Source: Spirochaetaceae bacterium
Lineage (GTDB): Bacteria; Spirochaetota; Spirochaetia; DSM-2461
Assembly: GCA_965224705.1 (NCBI GenBank)
Contig: OZ245056.1
Span: 544,001 to 608,000 of the forward strand
Direction: 5' to 3'
Length of the DNA stretch: 64,000 bases
The notes beneath the pieces are model-generated. The model worked only from the letters and a program-made list of their open reading frames with translations. It ran no database searches and was not told the origin of the DNA. The first letter of the stretch is position 1, and every line of letters begins with the position of its first letter. Positions 27,976 to 38,416 of this stretch are shown in pieces. The position numbers and the translations under genes are program-made.

Positions 27976-28944
27976 ATGTTTACTGATATTGAAGAGCTGA
28001 AAGCCATTCAGAGACGACTTGCACCCTTTGTCCACAACACGCCTGTTCTCACCTCTTCATCTTTTGATGAAGCGGCAGGCTGCAGGGCCTATTTCAAGTG
28101 TGAGAACTTCCAGCGAATGGGCGCTTTTAAGATGAGGGGGGCCATGAATGCTGTTCTTTCTCTCACAGATGACGAAAAAAGAAGAGGCGTCATTACCCAT
28201 TCTTCCGGAAACTTTGCCCAGGCCGTTGCTCTGTCTTCCCGGAATATGGGAATTCCTGCCACTGTGGTAATGCCAGGCAATGCCCCGGCCACAAAGAAAT
28301 CTGCTGTAGTCAGTTACGGAGCCACAATCATTAAGTGTGAACCAACGATGGAGTCTCGAATTTCAACTACAGAAAAGGAACAGAAAGAAACAGGAATGGT
28401 ATTCCTTCATCCTTCAGATCAAAAAGATGTAATTGATGGAAACAGTACCGCCTGCCTGGAACTGCTTCAGGAGAATCCAGCACTGGAAGCTGTCATAGCT
28501 CCTGTGGGCGGTGGAGGTTTACTGGCCGGAACAGCCCTGGCAGCCAGAGGTATAAATCCTCAAATTACTGTATTCGCCGGGGAACCATCCGGAGCCGACG
28601 ATGCTTTCAGGTCATTGAAGGCTGGCAGAATTCTCCCATCAATCAACCCTGTGACTATTGCTGATGGACTTAAAACCCAGCTTGGCAAATCAAATTTCCC
28701 AATTATTCAAAACCTGGTGGAAGAGATCATTCTTGTTGAAGAAGAGGAAATAATTGCTGCCATGAGATTTATCTGGGAAAGGATGAAAATTGTTGTTGAA
28801 CCTTCTTCGGCTGTAGCTCCGGCAGCAGTATTAAAAAGTCCACAACTTTTTCATGGTAAAAAGGTTGGAATAATCATCTCCGGTGGTAATGTTGATCTGG
28901 AGAATCTCCCCTTTCAGGGATCTGACCCGGCCCGCTCTGCGTGA
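27976..28944 (+). CDS. PLP-dependent serine/threonine dehydratase (serine racemase-like)
   Basis: KCENFQRMGAFKMRGA, HSSGNFAQA, PVGGGGL and IISGGNVD. Confidence 0.9.
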   Translation: MFTDIEELKAIQRRLAPFVHNTPVLTSSSFDEAAGCRAYFKCENFQRMGAFKMRGAMNAVLSLTDDEKRRGVITHSSGNFAQAVALSSRNMGIPATVVMPGNAPATKKSAVVSYGATIIKCEPTMESRISTTEKEQKETGMVFLHPSDQKDVIDGNSTACLELLQENPALEAVIAPVGGGGLLAGTALAARGINPQITVFAGEPSGADDAFRSLKAGRILPSINPVTIADGLKTQLGKSNFPIIQNLVEEIILVEEEEIIAAMRFIWERMKIVVEPSSAVAPAAVLKSPQLFHGKKVGIIISGGNVDLENLPFQGSDPARSA

Positions 28945-29013
28945 GTTTTCTTATTACCTCTCCTTCCTATTCAACCCGTCGAGTATTCAAATAATTGTGC
29001 TGTGAGTCATCTT

Positions 29014-29030
29014 CAAGCTTCCTGACACCG
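29014..29030. repeat. Family B terminal repeat (isolated end)
   Basis: CAAGCTTCCTGACACCG. Confidence 0.6.
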
Positions 29031-29049
29031 CAATGCCGTAATCTAAACA

Positions 29050-29604
29050 TCACATGCGGGTCCATTTTTCCATCATTTGCAGTATTTCATTTGAACTCCA
29101 TTCCAGCGCACCAACAACAGATGCAATGCCCTGACCATTTCGGTCAATAAGTACTGTAGTCGGCAGATTTACAACACCCATCGTCTGAGCGATCTCACTA
29201 CTTTCGTCCAGAAAAACAGGGAATTCTACATCATATAATTTCATAAAGGATGTAACAGTCTGAGAATCTTCACCGACATTGACTGCTATCATGGAGAATT
29301 CATTCCCCTGCAACTTGCCTGCCAGAATATTGAAGTCGGGAATTTCTGCACGACAGGGTGGACACCAACTCGCCCAGAAATTGAGAAGGATGACTCGACC
29401 CTGATGTTCACTCATTAATTGGGTATTACCACCAATATCCGTCAGTAGAATATCCGGAACCTGAGAGTTGTTCTCAATGGGACGAAAGCCCAGATCTATC
29501 AGTTCCTCCTCTCCGGGGACAACTGAGCCCTTAGTAAAGCAGGCAGCAAGCAAGAGAACAGATATGAACCCTTTCAATTGATTTTTCACAGCTCTAACCA
29601 TCAC
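29050..29604 (-). CDS. TlpA-family thiol-disulfide oxidoreductase (probable lipoprotein)
   Basis: NFWASWCPPCRAE, LPTTVLID and an LLLAAC signal. Confidence 0.9.
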   Translation of the reverse strand: MMVRAVKNQLKGFISVLLLAACFTKGSVVPGEEELIDLGFRPIENNSQVPDILLTDIGGNTQLMSEHQGRVILLNFWASWCPPCRAEIPDFNILAGKLQGNEFSMIAVNVGEDSQTVTSFMKLYDVEFPVFLDESSEIAQTMGVVNLPTTVLIDRNGQGIASVVGALEWSSNEILQMMEKWTRM

Positions 29605-30203
29605 ATGATATACCAGACAAGTATTAATGAAAGAGTATTATGCATCACATGAGACATTATCACTGTTGCAATACAACGTCTATGATAGAAGTAAAAAGAA
29701 TAAAGAGCACCTGCAATACAGGCGAATAACACAGACCACCATCCCTGCCACAAATGGAAAGAAGCAAATAGAAGAACTGAAAAAACACCCGAATATACTT
29801 TGTTCAATCCAGACTCAATAAGTGTTGCAATGAGCCATGAACGAAAATAGAGTTCCTCAATCACAGCAGAAAGGATGGAGAGAAGTATCATCAGCACAAA
29901 GCTGTTCGAGATGAAATCTGATGGATCACTACTTTCCAGCCCGGGGAATAGAGCTCCAAGAGACAGTGTCAGCAAGGTGAACACTGGTATAGCAATAACA
30001 TCCTGCAATTCTGGGACTCGCCAGCCCATATTCCGGCGGCTGCTCCGATCTCCGGTCAAAGTCATCCAGACAAGAAGTCCAAGAGCAGGCAATAAGATGA
30101 GTATTCTTGTGTTAATTATAGTGAGTTGCCACAGGCTGAAATTTGGTGAAGCCAGAATCAGTGGAATAAACAATCCGGGAAGTAACAGTTTTCGCTCAGC
30201 CAT
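29601..30203 (-). CDS. CPBP (CAAX/Abi) intramembrane metalloprotease
   Basis: EELYFR, FASFH and HVMHN motifs in a hydrophobic protein. Confidence 0.88.
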   Translation of the reverse strand: MAERKLLLPGLFIPLILASPNFSLWQLTIINTRILILLPALGLLVWMTLTGDRSSRRNMGWRVPELQDVIAIPVFTLLTLSLGALFPGLESSDPSDFISNSFVLMILLSILSAVIEELYFRSWLIATLIESGLNKVYSGVFSVLLFASFHLWQGWWSVLFACIAGALYSFYFYHRRCIATVIMSHVMHNTLSLILVWYIM

Positions 30204-30211
30204 TCAATACC

Positions 30212-30525
30212 CTGTGTCAGAAAGCTTGTCAATGCAGCAACAATCCGTATTAAGCTCACCATAGTAAAATTTTTGTCCTTTCTCTCCAGGAGCAAGCCTC
30301 CTGCTTGCTCCTGGAGAGCCGCCTTCGTTCGCTTTCGCCGCCCTCCATGGCGGCTTTTCTTCGCTATCGCTCAGCGCTCTCTTCGGGAGCCGAGTCTACG
30401 ACTCGCCTCCCCTGCGGCTGCGTTGCCAAAATACTCACGTAGCCCAGCTACGCTCCGTTTTCGTCGCCTTGCATCAGGAAAAAATCATCAAAAATCGCCT
30501 CGAAGCCTTAAAGTCCGACAGACTC
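30212..30525. mobile_element. Composite of repeats: family B left end, GC-rich hairpins, right part of MITE family A
   Basis: CTGTGTCAGAAAGCTTGTCAATGCAGCAA at 30212, a 16-bp perfect stem at 30282-30318, and family A sequence from ~30409 to 30525. Confidence 0.8.
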
Positions 30526-31632
30526 CTGGACGCTCATTGTTGGTAAACGGGGCAGAAAATCACAGAGAATTTCGTAAGAAATAGTTCCTGCTGCATCAGC
30601 ATAATCATCCGCCGTTATTTGCAGATTGCGGTCTGAGTTTAGAACTAAAACCCTATCACCTGCCCTGACAGTATCCTCCAGACTGAAAACCATCAACTGA
30701 TCCATGCAAACCCTCCCACATATCGGGTAACTTCGCCCTCCAATAATCATTTTTCCACCGCCATTAGACAGCAGGCGTGGATAACCATCTCCATACCCTA
30801 TGGGTATAACGATTACATAACCATCCTCCGGGGCATTCCACGTCGAGCCATAGCTCACCCCCTCACCTTTTTTAACAGGTTTGACAAGACTTACCTTTCC
30901 GTCGATTTCCATAACAGGTTTGAATCGGCTGTCAAATTCTGTATCCGAACCGGGAGTGTATCCGTAGAGAGAAATTCCAATCCGTACCATGTTGTAATGA
31001 GCCTCAGGAAAATTCAGAACACCGGCTGAATTGCACATGTGCTGGTATTTGAATGTGATTCCATTCTGCTTGAATACGTCAAGACATTTCTTGAAACGCT
31101 GAATCTGCAAAGCATTAAGAGGATGCTCTGGAGAATCTGCACAGGCAAAATGAGTCATGATACCTTCAAACTGAACCTGCTGCACACGGAGACATTTTTC
31201 AGCTATTTCCTGACAAAGCTCATACCGAAATCCAAGGCGAATCATTCCTGTATCGATTTTCAAATGGATCTTTGGACTCATGTTGAGTTGTCTGGACATT
31301 TCAACTATCAATTCCAATGTTTGCCAGTCGCTCACAGCCATTGTTATTCCGGCCTGAATTAATTTCTTGATGTGAAATATCTCAGGGATTCCCATCATCA
31401 GTATTCGAATGTGCGGAAACTCCTCTCCAAGCATGAGAGCTTCACCTGAATAAGCGACTGCAAAGTAATCAACACCTTCATCCACCAGTGCCTGTACCAC
31501 AATTGTTGTGGAATGACCATAGGCATCGGCTTTCACAACCGGTACGGTCAGGACTCCACCAGCCTTTTCTTTCAATAGGTTGTAATTATGAACAAGATTC
31601 CGGGTAATAATGCGTTTTGTGAATGATCGCAT
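30508..31632 (-). CDS. alr: Alanine racemase
   Basis: VVKADAYGH, HLKIDTGMIRLG, THFACAD, GYGDGYPR, GRVCMDQ and GTISYEI. Confidence 0.96.
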   Translation of the reverse strand: MRSFTKRIITRNLVHNYNLLKEKAGGVLTVPVVKADAYGHSTTIVVQALVDEGVDYFAVAYSGEALMLGEEFPHIRILMMGIPEIFHIKKLIQAGITMAVSDWQTLELIVEMSRQLNMSPKIHLKIDTGMIRLGFRYELCQEIAEKCLRVQQVQFEGIMTHFACADSPEHPLNALQIQRFKKCLDVFKQNGITFKYQHMCNSAGVLNFPEAHYNMVRIGISLYGYTPGSDTEFDSRFKPVMEIDGKVSLVKPVKKGEGVSYGSTWNAPEDGYVIVIPIGYGDGYPRLLSNGGGKMIIGGRSYPICGRVCMDQLMVFSLEDTVRAGDRVLVLNSDRNLQITADDYADAAGTISYEILCDFLPRLPTMSVQESVGL

Positions 31633-31653
31633 GATTTTTCCTGAATTGTGTGG

Positions 31654-31685
31654 AAGAAGAAGCCCCTGTATCAGGGCTTCTTCTT
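31654..31685 (-). terminator. Stem-loop between agcS and alr (probable intrinsic terminator)
   Basis: AAGAAGAAGCCC-8 nt-GGGCTTCTTCTT. Confidence 0.6.
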
Positions 31686-31734
31686 TTTCAAGTAGTTATA
31701 ATACCGGTACTATAACTATTTGTATCCTGTTGAA

Positions 31735-33078
31735 TTAAAGTTCATTCTGGTTGTCCAGATATACTTTCGTTTCCTTGACAATAACTGGCGTCAGAAAAAT
31801 CAGAGCTATGAGATTTGGAACTGCCATCAACCCGTTGAGAGTATCAGAAATACTCCATACAAAGCTGAGTTTTGCGACAGCACCAATACCAACGAAGAGG
31901 ATGAAAACGACTCTGTAGGGTACAACAGCTTTGATGCCAAAGAGATAGCCTATTGATTTCTCACCATAATAGCACCAGCCGATTAAAGTGGAAGAGGCAA
32001 AAAGAGTCATACCAATAGTAACAATATATCCACCACCTTTCATTCCCAGATTGAAGGCAGTTGTTGTAAGCTCCGCACCATTCTGACCATTGGACCAGGC
32101 CCCTGTAAGAATAAGGACCAGACCTGTCATGGTACAGACAATCAGGGTATCAATAAAAGTTTGAGTCATGGATACCATTGCCTGAGTGAAGGGTAATTTC
32201 GTCTTAGCTGCTGCTGCTGCAATAGGAGAACTGCCAAGACCTGACTCGTTGGAGAAAACACCACGAGCGACACCCATGCGGATGGTCAGCATCACTGCGG
32301 CACCCGTAAAACCACCTGCAGCCGATGTGGGAGTAAATGCACTTTTAAATATAAGACCAAATGCGGCAGGTATTCCACCAATATTGCTCAGTATAATAAA
32401 AAGAGATGCACCCATGTAGAAAACTATCATGATTGGTACAAAGAATGCGGTCACTCTTCCGATGGATTTGATACCACCCACAATGACCAGAGCAGTAAAA
32501 ATCGTTAAAACAATGCCTGTAATATATGGAGGGACATTGAACGTTGCTTCAATGGCATCTGCAACTGAATTAGACTGAACCATATTGCCAATTCCAAATG
32601 CAGCCACTGCAGCAAACACTGCAAAGACAGTCCCCAGCCACGGCATGTTAAGACCCTTTGAGATGTAATACATAGGGCCGCCACTCATTTCACCGTGCTC
32701 ATCAGTCTCCCGGTATTTAACAGCAAGAACTGCTTCCCCATACTTTGTAGCCATACCAACAAGACCGGTCATCCACATCCAGAACATGGCTCCTGGTCCC
32801 CCTATGGCTACTGCCGTAGCAACACCGGCTATGTTACCAGTACCAACTGTTGCTGCAAGAGCTGTCATCAATGCCTGAAAGTGAGTAATATCACCCTCTT
32901 TGTCACTGTCTTTTTTTCGCTTGAAAAGAGCAAGATTCAGTGCATACCCCAGCTTTGTGAACTGCAGGCCTCGTAGAGCGAAAGTGAGCCAAAAACCAGT
33001 TCCAACCAGTAAAATCAACATGGGCGGCCCCCATGCGAAGGAACCAATCTTCCCGATAATCGCATCCAATCTATCCAT
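31735..33078 (-). CDS. Alanine/glycine:cation symporter (AgcS family)
   Basis: [28 protein letters not shown] and [12 protein letters not shown]. Confidence 0.95.
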   Translation of the reverse strand: MDRLDAIIGKIGSFAWGPPMLILLVGTGFWLTFALRGLQFTKLGYALNLALFKRKKDSDKEGDITHFQALMTALAATVGTGNIAGVATAVAIGGPGAMFWMWMTGLVGMATKYGEAVLAVKYRETDEHGEMSGGPMYYISKGLNMPWLGTVFAVFAAVAAFGIGNMVQSNSVADAIEATFNVPPYITGIVLTIFTALVIVGGIKSIGRVTAFFVPIMIVFYMGASLFIILSNIGGIPAAFGLIFKSAFTPTSAAGGFTGAAVMLTIRMGVARGVFSNESGLGSSPIAAAAAKTKLPFTQAMVSMTQTFIDTLIVCTMTGLVLILTGAWSNGQNGAELTTTAFNLGMKGGGYIVTIGMTLFASSTLIGWCYYGEKSIGYLFGIKAVVPYRVVFILFVGIGAVAKLSFVWSISDTLNGLMAVPNLIALIFLTPVIVKETKVYLDNQNEL

Positions 33079-33165
33079 ACTTAATCCTCCATTTGTAAGC
33101 TGTAAGCTTACTTAAAATCTAATAATATATAAAACGCAATGTTTGCACAACGATATAGAAACACA

Positions 33166-34278
33166 CTATATCAGCTCGACAGCTGGTGTGTATTCGAGTC
33201 CGAATGCATCTGCGACACCTGAATACGTCACTTTCCCCTGTATCACATTGAGACCCTCAAGAACACCAGGATCATCTTTAGCACATTGTTTCCAGCCCTT
33301 GTTGGCCAATGCAACTGCATACGGCAATGTCGCATTGGTAAGTGCCATGGTCGATGTGAGCGGAACGGCACCAGGCATGTTGGCGACACAGTAGTGGATA
33401 ACTCCTTCTTCTTCAAAAACTGGATCAAGGTGGGTGGTTGGCCGGGATGTTTCAAAACACCCCCCCTGGTCAATAGCAACATCGACAATCACCGCTCCGG
33501 GTTTCATTGTTCGCAGAATTGGCCGGGTAATGAGTTTCGGTGCCCTGGCTCCGTGAAGCAGAACAGCTCCGATAACCGCATCAGCTTTCTCCGCCAGTTC
33601 CCTCACCTTTGATGGAGAAGACATCACAGGGAAACAATTCTTCGGCATTGTATCGGACAGAGATCTCAGTCTTGGTAACGATGTGTCCAGCAAATAGACT
33701 TTTGCCCCTAAACCACAAGCCATTTGAGCGGCATGTGAGCCAACGACACCACCTCCAAGCACGAGAACTGTAGCACTGTCCACTCCCGGTACTCCTCCAA
33801 GAAGCAGACCTCGCCCGCCTTGAGCTCTTTCCAGATACTTAGCTGCCTGTTGGACAGCCATTCTACCTGCGACTTCACTCATGGGAGTCAGTAACGGCAA
33901 AGTCCCTTCTTTGTCCACAATGGTTTCGTAGGCAATGCAAACAGCTTTGCGATCCATCATAGCTCTGGTTAACTTCTCAGCGGCAGCAAAGTGAAAGTAA
34001 GTAAACACCATTTGATTTTCACGGATCCATTCATATTCCCCAGGCTGCGGCTCTTTCACATGCATAACCATATCGGACTTTGCATAAATCTCTGCAGGAG
34101 TATCAATGATTTCTGCTCCTGTAGCAGTGTACATCTCATCGGGGAATCCACTGCCCTTACCGGCAGATTTCTCGACCAGTACTTGATGACCATTATGCGC
34201 CATTATCTCAGTGCCGATCGGGGTCATACTGACTCTGTTCTCTTCAGATTTGATTTCCTTCAAAATGCCAACGATCAT
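33166..34278 (-). CDS. ald: Alanine dehydrogenase
   Basis: KEIKSEENRV, VKEP, MSEVAGR, DVAIDQGG and HYCVANMPGAVP. Confidence 0.96.
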   Translation of the reverse strand: MIVGILKEIKSEENRVSMTPIGTEIMAHNGHQVLVEKSAGKGSGFPDEMYTATGAEIIDTPAEIYAKSDMVMHVKEPQPGEYEWIRENQMVFTYFHFAAAEKLTRAMMDRKAVCIAYETIVDKEGTLPLLTPMSEVAGRMAVQQAAKYLERAQGGRGLLLGGVPGVDSATVLVLGGGVVGSHAAQMACGLGAKVYLLDTSLPRLRSLSDTMPKNCFPVMSSPSKVRELAEKADAVIGAVLLHGARAPKLITRPILRTMKPGAVIVDVAIDQGGCFETSRPTTHLDPVFEEEGVIHYCVANMPGAVPLTSTMALTNATLPYAVALANKGWKQCAKDDPGVLEGLNVIQGKVTYSGVADAFGLEYTPAVELI

Positions 34279-34421
34279 GGACCAACCTCTCTTTGTGGTC
34301 TCTAACTACCACTGATGCCATTTATACCATAAATCTAACCTTTTTTATATGAAATAATATTGCATCTTTTAGCAGGAAAAACTATCATTTTGAAAGATGA
34401 TTTCTGTCTCCAGGGAAATGC

Positions 34422-34910
34422 ATGCAGAAAACACATAAGTATCATTTGGATGAAATCGATAAGGCCATATTATCGGCACTTCAACAGAATTGTCACTTAT
34501 CAAATGTTGAACTTGCCCGAAAAGTACACCTGTCAGAATCAGCATGTCTTCGAAGGGTAAAACTCATTGAGGCAAGTGGTATAATCGACCAGTTTGCTCT
34601 ACTGCTTAAACCTGCTGTGGCCGGTATTCATGACACAGTTTTCGTGCGCATAACACTGGAAAGCCAGCAGCAGGAAAGACTCCAGGCCTTTGAGGATGCT
34701 GTTAAAAAAATAGAAGAAGTGATGGAATGCTATTTAATGTCTGGTCAATACGATTATATGCTGAAAATCCTGTGCACAGACAATGACGATTATAAACGAA
34801 TACACCATCGACTAACCGGTCTGCCTGGAGTTAACAGGATTCTTTCTTCATTTGTCCTGCACAAAGTCATAAAAAAAACTGAGATTCCAGTACATGCTGA
34901 TTCCATATGA
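34422..34910 (+). CDS. Lrp/AsnC regulator (AldR-like), divergent from ald
   Basis: LDEIDKAIL..SNVELARKVHLSESACLRRVK and ECYLMSGQYDY. Confidence 0.93.
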   Translation: MQKTHKYHLDEIDKAILSALQQNCHLSNVELARKVHLSESACLRRVKLIEASGIIDQFALLLKPAVAGIHDTVFVRITLESQQQERLQAFEDAVKKIEEVMECYLMSGQYDYMLKILCTDNDDYKRIHHRLTGLPGVNRILSSFVLHKVIKKTEIPVHADSI

Positions 34911-34924
34911 AGACAGATTTGATC

Positions 34925-35719
34925 CTAACGCTTGATAATCAAGGTAATTCCAAGAACCAGAGCTCCCGCCAGGGCAGTTGTTGCTCCTGCCGGTAGATCA
35001 GTTGCCAGTGAAGTGACAAACCCTGTCAGTCCTAAACCGATCCCTGTGAAAACAGAACGTTTATAGAGTCCTGCCAGGCTCCGTGTTCCTATGGAACCGA
35101 TAATCACTGGAACTAAAAGAAGGGCATCCAGGAGCAGCGCACCAATAATCTTCATAGCAAGGGCTATGATTAAGCCAATTAGAACAAGAAGAATCCTCAT
35201 CATCCATGTGTCATTAACCCCGGCGGTGAAGGCGGCATCCCTGTCAAAGATAACGGCCTGTATCTGCAGGTGAAAAACACGAGAAAAAACAGCCAGTCCA
35301 GTGCAGAACAAAATGATGGAAACAGCCTCAATTGAAGAAATCGCAAAGAGACTACCCCATAGAAGGCTCAGGGTATTCTGAGCGGATACCTTTGCACCGT
35401 AGATGAGGGCCATGGCTCCTCCCAGACTGGCGGTCATCAGGAAAATGGTAACCTGGCCTGCATCCAGACGACCTTGATTTGCCATTAAATCGGCAAGAGC
35501 GATGAGGATGAAAACAGTAATTATCAATACCGGGAGTTGTGACAGACTGAAGGCAAGGGCAATGGCTCCGCCCAGAAGACTGCCATGCATGAGCATGAAC
35601 CTGTACGGCAGAAGATTCAAACGTAAAACCCAGACCCCTGTGACAGGAAGAAGGGCTGACAGGGTTAATAAAACGATAAAACCCCTGATAATTGGCGGAT
35701 AGCTCAGCAGGTACAGCAC
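34925..35719 (-). CDS. Metal (Zn/Mn) ABC transporter permease
   Basis: Hydrophobic, with MHGSLLGGA and IIGALLLDALLLVP. Overlaps the ATPase gene. Confidence 0.85.
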   Translation of the reverse strand: MLYLLSYPPIIRGFIVLLTLSALLPVTGVWVLRLNLLPYRFMLMHGSLLGGAIALAFSLSQLPVLIITVFILIALADLMANQGRLDAGQVTIFLMTASLGGAMALIYGAKVSAQNTLSLLWGSLFAISSIEAVSIILFCTGLAVFSRVFHLQIQAVIFDRDAAFTAGVNDTWMMRILLVLIGLIIALAMKIIGALLLDALLLVPVIIGSIGTRSLAGLYKRSVFTGIGLGLTGFVTSLATDLPAGATTALAGALVLGITLIIKR

Positions 35720-36414
35720 AGTCTTCCTCCCTCGAGGTGGTATTCTCTCCAGTCCGGGAACATATTTCCGGTATGAGTAACAATGATGATGGAAAGACCC
35801 GATTTCACCAAACTCTGTAACAGATCCACAAAATGGATTCGGGATTCTTTATCCAGAAAAGCTGTCGGCTCATCCAGAAGAAGCAGGCTTGCTCCCTGTA
35901 CCAGGCATCTGGCTAAGAGAACTTTTTGCCTCTGCCCAGCCGAGAGGTGGTGAAAACAATGTGTGTCGAGGTGGGCTGTACCGGATATAGACAGGGCCTG
36001 TTCAATGGTTCTCTTCTTCTGTTGGCAGCTCATGCGGCGGCTGGCCAATCCTGTCGCAACGACTTCCTGCGCAGAAATTGGAAATCGATGAAGTACTCCC
36101 TCCTGTGGCACCCATGCAGCAGTTCTACGGATTTTTCGCCAGTCCGAGCTGCCAACCCTGTATCCGTTAATCTCAATGCTGCCGGATGCAATGGGTAAAA
36201 GACCAAGAACAGCCAGGAGGAGAGAGGATTTACCTGTACCGTTCGCACCGTGTATCTCCACCAGTTCCTGTTCTGCTACAGTAAGACTGAGTTTGTTGAG
36301 AATTGTTTGACCGCTCCGAACCAGAGAGATTTGATCTATGTTCAGCAATGTGGTTTGCACAATTTCCATCCTTATGATCTTCTTATGCATAATAGCTGAC
36401 GATTCAACCTGCAC
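35704..36414 (-). CDS. Metal ABC transporter ATP-binding protein
   Basis: GANGTGKS, LSAGQRQK, LLLLDEP and VTH. The start is uncertain. Confidence 0.88.
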   Translation of the reverse strand: MQVESSAIMHKKIIRMEIVQTTLLNIDQISLVRSGQTILNKLSLTVAEQELVEIHGANGTGKSSLLLAVLGLLPIASGSIEINGYRVGSSDWRKIRRTAAWVPQEGVLHRFPISAQEVVATGLASRRMSCQQKKRTIEQALSISGTAHLDTHCFHHLSAGQRQKVLLARCLVQGASLLLLDEPTAFLDKESRIHFVDLLQSLVKSGLSIIIVTHTGNMFPDWREYHLEGGRLCCTC

Positions 36415-36549
36415 TCCAGAGTATCATAACTATTGAAACTACCACACTGAAAACTGGACTGTGGAGAGATTTATCACCAGAGTTCTGATTTAAGATGGAA
36501 CTGTACAGGCATTCTCTTTTTTCAGCCCATTCTGCTACTGGAAAGAGGC

Positions 36550-37629
36550 ATGAATATTGTGGACAATATCTGCATGATTACGGCAACAGGGAAATGGCTC
36601 CGATACAGCCGTATCAATTTACTGATCTGGATTTGCATCTCTGCTTCAGCGGCTGTCAATGCACAAACCCCTGCAGTATCGCCTGTACCAAAAGAAGTGT
36701 TGGGAGCAGCCAGTACCGGCCTGCACCTGTATCCTCTGGGATGGTCTTCGGAAGGCCGCTGGGGAGCTCTTATTGGCCGAGAAGAAAAAATCCAGGTCGT
36801 AATAATTGATACCGTAACAGATGATATCCTTTTTGAATCCCGATCAGTATCATGGTCAGGGCCGAAAACCATCAACCAATTCTGGAAAGCTCGTTCGTCC
36901 GAGATTCGGACAATTTTGAAATCTTACGGAATTGAGTCCAGCCGGATAACAGATACCAGGGAAGCAGAGTTCATTACCGGCGGTGTGAAGTACGCATTCA
37001 AAATGAATCCGCCATCTCCAGCCAGCGGTCATTATGCTGTGGAGATTTCTTCTTCAAGAGGAGATAAAAAGACAGTCTACTCCAGCCGGGATAAATCCCC
37101 ACCAGACCGCACCAGACTTGCTGCAGCGGTTTTAAGTCCCTTTGAGGAACGGGCCCTGGCCGTACTTATCGAGCAAAATGAATCTGAAAAGAAACTCAGT
37201 TACCGCTTCATCGGTGCTCACCTTACTCTGGGATTTGCCAGTACACAGAACAAAACCACCCCTGTCTCAAAAACTCCCCCCGGTAATTTGCTCACTGCTG
37301 TTTTTAACGGCCAGGCATATCTTGTCAAATCACGGTTAAAATCCGGAGCTGATCCAGACATCAAGGATAATCGAGGGTATTCGGTAGTTTTAATAGCCGC
37401 ACGATTGGGCTATTGGCCGATTCTTGTTGACCTTCTTCAAGCTGGAGCATATCCTGATGCTATCGATAACACAGGGCGAAGTGCTCTTCATTATGCGGCT
37501 TTTGCTGGCAGTATTGAGGCTGTTCAGGCTTTACTTCATGCCAAAGCAAATACAAATCGGCGGGACAAGGCCGGGCAAACACCTGGCAGCCTTGCTGCCG
37601 ACAAGACAGTACAACAGATTTTACGTTAG
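36550..37629 (+). CDS. Exported protein with C-terminal ankyrin repeats
   Basis: Signal-like segment and GADPDIKDNRG / GRSALHYAA / GQTP ankyrin motifs. Confidence 0.75.
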   Translation: MNIVDNICMITATGKWLRYSRINLLIWICISASAAVNAQTPAVSPVPKEVLGAASTGLHLYPLGWSSEGRWGALIGREEKIQVVIIDTVTDDILFESRSVSWSGPKTINQFWKARSSEIRTILKSYGIESSRITDTREAEFITGGVKYAFKMNPPSPASGHYAVEISSSRGDKKTVYSSRDKSPPDRTRLAAAVLSPFEERALAVLIEQNESEKKLSYRFIGAHLTLGFASTQNKTTPVSKTPPGNLLTAVFNGQAYLVKSRLKSGADPDIKDNRGYSVVLIAARLGYWPILVDLLQAGAYPDAIDNTGRSALHYAAFAGSIEAVQALLHAKANTNRRDKAGQTPGSLAADKTVQQILR

Positions 37630-37637
37630 TATGTTAT

Positions 37638-38177
37638 ATGATTTATACTTTTAACAACCATACTCCAGAATTTGACAGCGAAAAAATTTTTGTTGCTCCA
37701 AGTGCCGATATCATCGGGCATGTGAGTTTGGCCGAGAACACAAGCGTATGGTTCAATGCCACCTTGAGAGGTGACCTGGAACCTGTTAGAGTGGGAAAAG
37801 GAAGCAATGTGCAGGACTGCTGTACTGTACATACTGATGAAGGATTTCCTGTCATCATTGGGGAAAACGTGACAATAGGTCATAACTCTGTGATTCATGG
37901 CTGTGAAATTGGCAGCGGAACCATGATTGGCATGGGTACTGTTATCCTCACAGGGGCAAAGATAGGCCGTAACTGTCTGATTGGAGCGGGATCCCTGGTA
38001 ACCGGCTCAATGAGTGTTCCCGATGGAATGCTTTTGCTGGGTTCACCAGCAAAGGTGATAAAACCTCTGGGAAAAAGAGACACCGCCAGCATCCTTGAAA
38101 ACTCCATGCATTATCTGCGTAGAAAAGATGAATACCTTAAACAGGGTATTGGACATGTTGATTCTACCTACTTATGA
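37638..38177 (+). CDS. Gamma carbonic anhydrase family (hexapeptide repeat) protein
   Basis: SVWFNATLRGD, SNVQD, VTIGH..IHGC and GSPAKV. Confidence 0.92.
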   Translation: MIYTFNNHTPEFDSEKIFVAPSADIIGHVSLAENTSVWFNATLRGDLEPVRVGKGSNVQDCCTVHTDEGFPVIIGENVTIGHNSVIHGCEIGSGTMIGMGTVILTGAKIGRNCLIGAGSLVTGSMSVPDGMLLLGSPAKVIKPLGKRDTASILENSMHYLRRKDEYLKQGIGHVDSTYL

Positions 38178-38416
38178 CAGGTGATGAATCGTATCATTAA
38201 CTGCCCGTTATTCTACTCGCCATATTTCTCTTATCTACTGAATATCTTAATGAGAATGATTTGGTTTTATTGACTATAACGGTCCGCTGTTATGCGACGT
38301 TCCCATGCCGTAGGCCTGGCGTAGATTTTACCGATTGATCAGCATTTTTTGTTTGCATACAACACTATACCTCAGCCGCAAGAATCCGCAAGATCTATGA
38401 CAGAGGCGAATGTGCC

